DNA of 64,000 nt. Source: Saccostrea cucullata (taxonomy: Eukaryota). Shown here one piece after another: positions 62,170 to 64,000 of the stretch. The notes below the pieces were generated by a model, which was not told the DNA's origin, made no database searches, and was given only the letters and a program-made list of their open reading frames with translations. The stretch spans positions 1 through 64,000 of the forward strand of contig NW_026921645.1 of the NCBI RefSeq assembly GCF_032062105.1. The letters run 5' to 3'. How positions within the stretch are numbered: position 1 is the first letter of the stretch; every line of letters starts with the position of its first letter. The translations under genes and the position numbers were made by a program.

Positions 62170-64000
62170 TATGGAGATAACGAACAGTACTCAAGCTGAA
62201 AAGTCTATTTAACAAAACAGACAAGGAGCAGAGCAAACACAGACCTCCAAATCATCCGAGGTGGGATCATGTGCCACGGAGGAGTGAGCATGCCCTGCCG
62301 ACCGGTCATACCCGCCGTGTCATGATCGGGAAATAAAGGAAAATCTGTTGACAAATCGGTGTGTATATAATGGCCTAACAATTAGTTTGAAACACGTCAG
62401 TCAGCATTTGACTTAAGGTAGTCCAATCCTCAGGTTTAAAAAATTAACAGTTAAGTAATCAAAAATACTCATAAAAGTATCTCTGAATCCACAATGTTAT
62501 TTGTAATTTTATCCACAGTATTTCGTCAAAGTTAACGATTAAAGTTAATCATATTATACAGGGAATATTGTCAGATCTCCAATGTTTTTGCAGAAAAAGC
62601 GAATTGAAATATCAGCAATGCATTTTCTAATTGCAAATTGATCAATAAATATATTTTAGGTTAGGAACGATAAGTATCCAGGTATTGAGAGTGGTAATCC
62701 TACTTATTCTCATACTTCCCTTTCTAAGGAAGAAATTCTTCAAAATTATGTGTCAGTTTTGAATATTTTTAATATTCCACAGAGCCAAAATGAATTTGAA
62801 CTACCTTATATGTATTGGATTCCGAAACTTCATAAGAATCCTTACAAACAAAGATACATTGCGGGTTCCAGTAAATGTTCAACCAAGCCTCTTTCGTTAC
62901 TCCTCACTAAGATATTGACAGTAGTGAAGGAAAAACTTCAAGAGTACTGTGCAACTATATATTCAAGAAGTGGTGTGAATCAGACGTGCATACTAAAAAA
63001 TTTTAAAGAACTTTTGGACAATTTGAAATCACAAAATTTTACCAAAATCAACAGCTGAAAAGTTTACGACTTTCACTTTATACACAACAATTTCCCACAA
63101 CAAATTAAAATCCAGGCTTTTTGATTTCATTGACAGCTGCTTCTTCAATAAAAATGGAACTCGTAAGTTTACTTACCTGGTCATTTGCAAAATTATTTTG
63201 TTAAAACAGATTCTGATTGCACACAAGTACTCTGAAATTGACATCAAAAAGAAACTTAAGTTTCTGATTCATTAACAATATCTTTGTAGTTTTTGGAGAC
63301 CAGGTCTTCCAACAATCTATTGGAATTCACATGGGTACCAATTGCGCCTCGTTATTAGCAGATCTATTTTTGTATTCATATGAAGCAGAATTTATGCAAA
63401 ATCTTATGAGTGAAAAGAAGAAAACACATGCTGTGGCCTTCAACTCGACCTTCAGAGGAGAGATTGAGATAAAAGATACCACAGAGTCTGACACATCTGT
63501 TTCATACTTGAATATTTTACTTGAAAAAGACGTTAATGGTAACCTAACAACCAAGTTATATGATAAACGTGACGACTTTAACTTTTCTATTGTCAACTTC
63601 CCTTACTTATGCAGCATATACCTTCATCACCGCATACGGAGTGTATATATCTCAGTTGATTCGATACGCAAGAGCATGCTCTACGTATGAACAATTTCTA
63701 AAACGAGGTAAATTATTGACAAGCAAGTTGAATGAATCAAGAATATCAGCAGTCTCGTTTAAAGTCATCATTTCGTAAGTTCTATGGTCGGTACAATGAC
63801 TTTATCAGCAAATACAATTTATCATTGAGTCAAATGCTGACTGACGTTTTTCATACCAATAGTTAGTCCATTATTTATACACTGAATTGACGACAGATTT
63901 TTCCGTTATTACAATGAGCACACGGCGGGTCCGACCGGTCAGCAGAGGATGCTCACTCCTCCATGGCATCTGATCCCACCTCTGATGTTTCGGAGGTCCG
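62170..64000 (+). mobile_element. 5'-truncated Penelope-like element (Naiad-type, RT at the C-terminus) with an inverted 5' pseudo-LTR; runs off the right edge
   Basis: RT remnants LPYMYWIPKLHKNP, MGTNCASLLADLFLYSYE, LYDKRDDFNF and AYGVYISQLIRYARACS. The YIDD segment is deleted and no GIY-YIG follows the RT. 62170-62418 is an inverted copy of the 3' end at 63825-64000. Confidence 0.85.

Noticed and set aside
63040-63075. In-frame TGA in the Penelope-like RT (KINS*KVYDF) as selenocysteine
   Set aside because: The copy has frameshifts and a deleted YIDD, the position is not an obvious Cys site, and no SECIS was recognised. Decay is the simpler explanation.

Overview
AT-rich, intron-containing eukaryotic DNA. 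The repeat families point to a bivalve, most likely an oyster: Helentron-associated ~150-170 bp satellites, a Deu/Nin-type SINE and a tRNA-bearing TRIM. Six protein-coding genes were reconstructed by hand from splice signals and reading frames. (1) The 5' part of MGST1 (- strand; exons 4105-4233 and 88-170; the gene runs off the left edge). (2) A 13-exon, ~996-aa NKRF-like RNA-binding protein (+, 12620-26983) with an RGG tail, four dsRBD-like folds, a degenerate R3H, no G-patch and two GC-AG introns. (3) A 14-exon, ~1038-aa protein (-, 37984-43028) with a degenerate DZIP3-like HEPN domain and five copies of an exon-encoded helical module. (4, 5) Two tandem 9-exon paralogues (-, 46475-49750 and 51836-57453) with PPxY motifs, four internal repeats and different CaaX boxes (CSIL vs CTIQ). 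(6) A secreted protein with one coding exon and a CBM-like N-terminus (+, 59464-61284). Mobile DNA is abundant. It includes a decayed Harbinger with a nested SINE, several MITEs and foldbacks, a ~9-kb nested foldback filling the NKRF-like intron, RTE and Penelope-like fragments, and a young full-length L1/Tx1 LINE. That LINE is inserted into the tRNA-like LTR of a TRIM and carries a piece of Helentron satellite at its 5' end. No database searches were run; family assignments come from recognised motifs.
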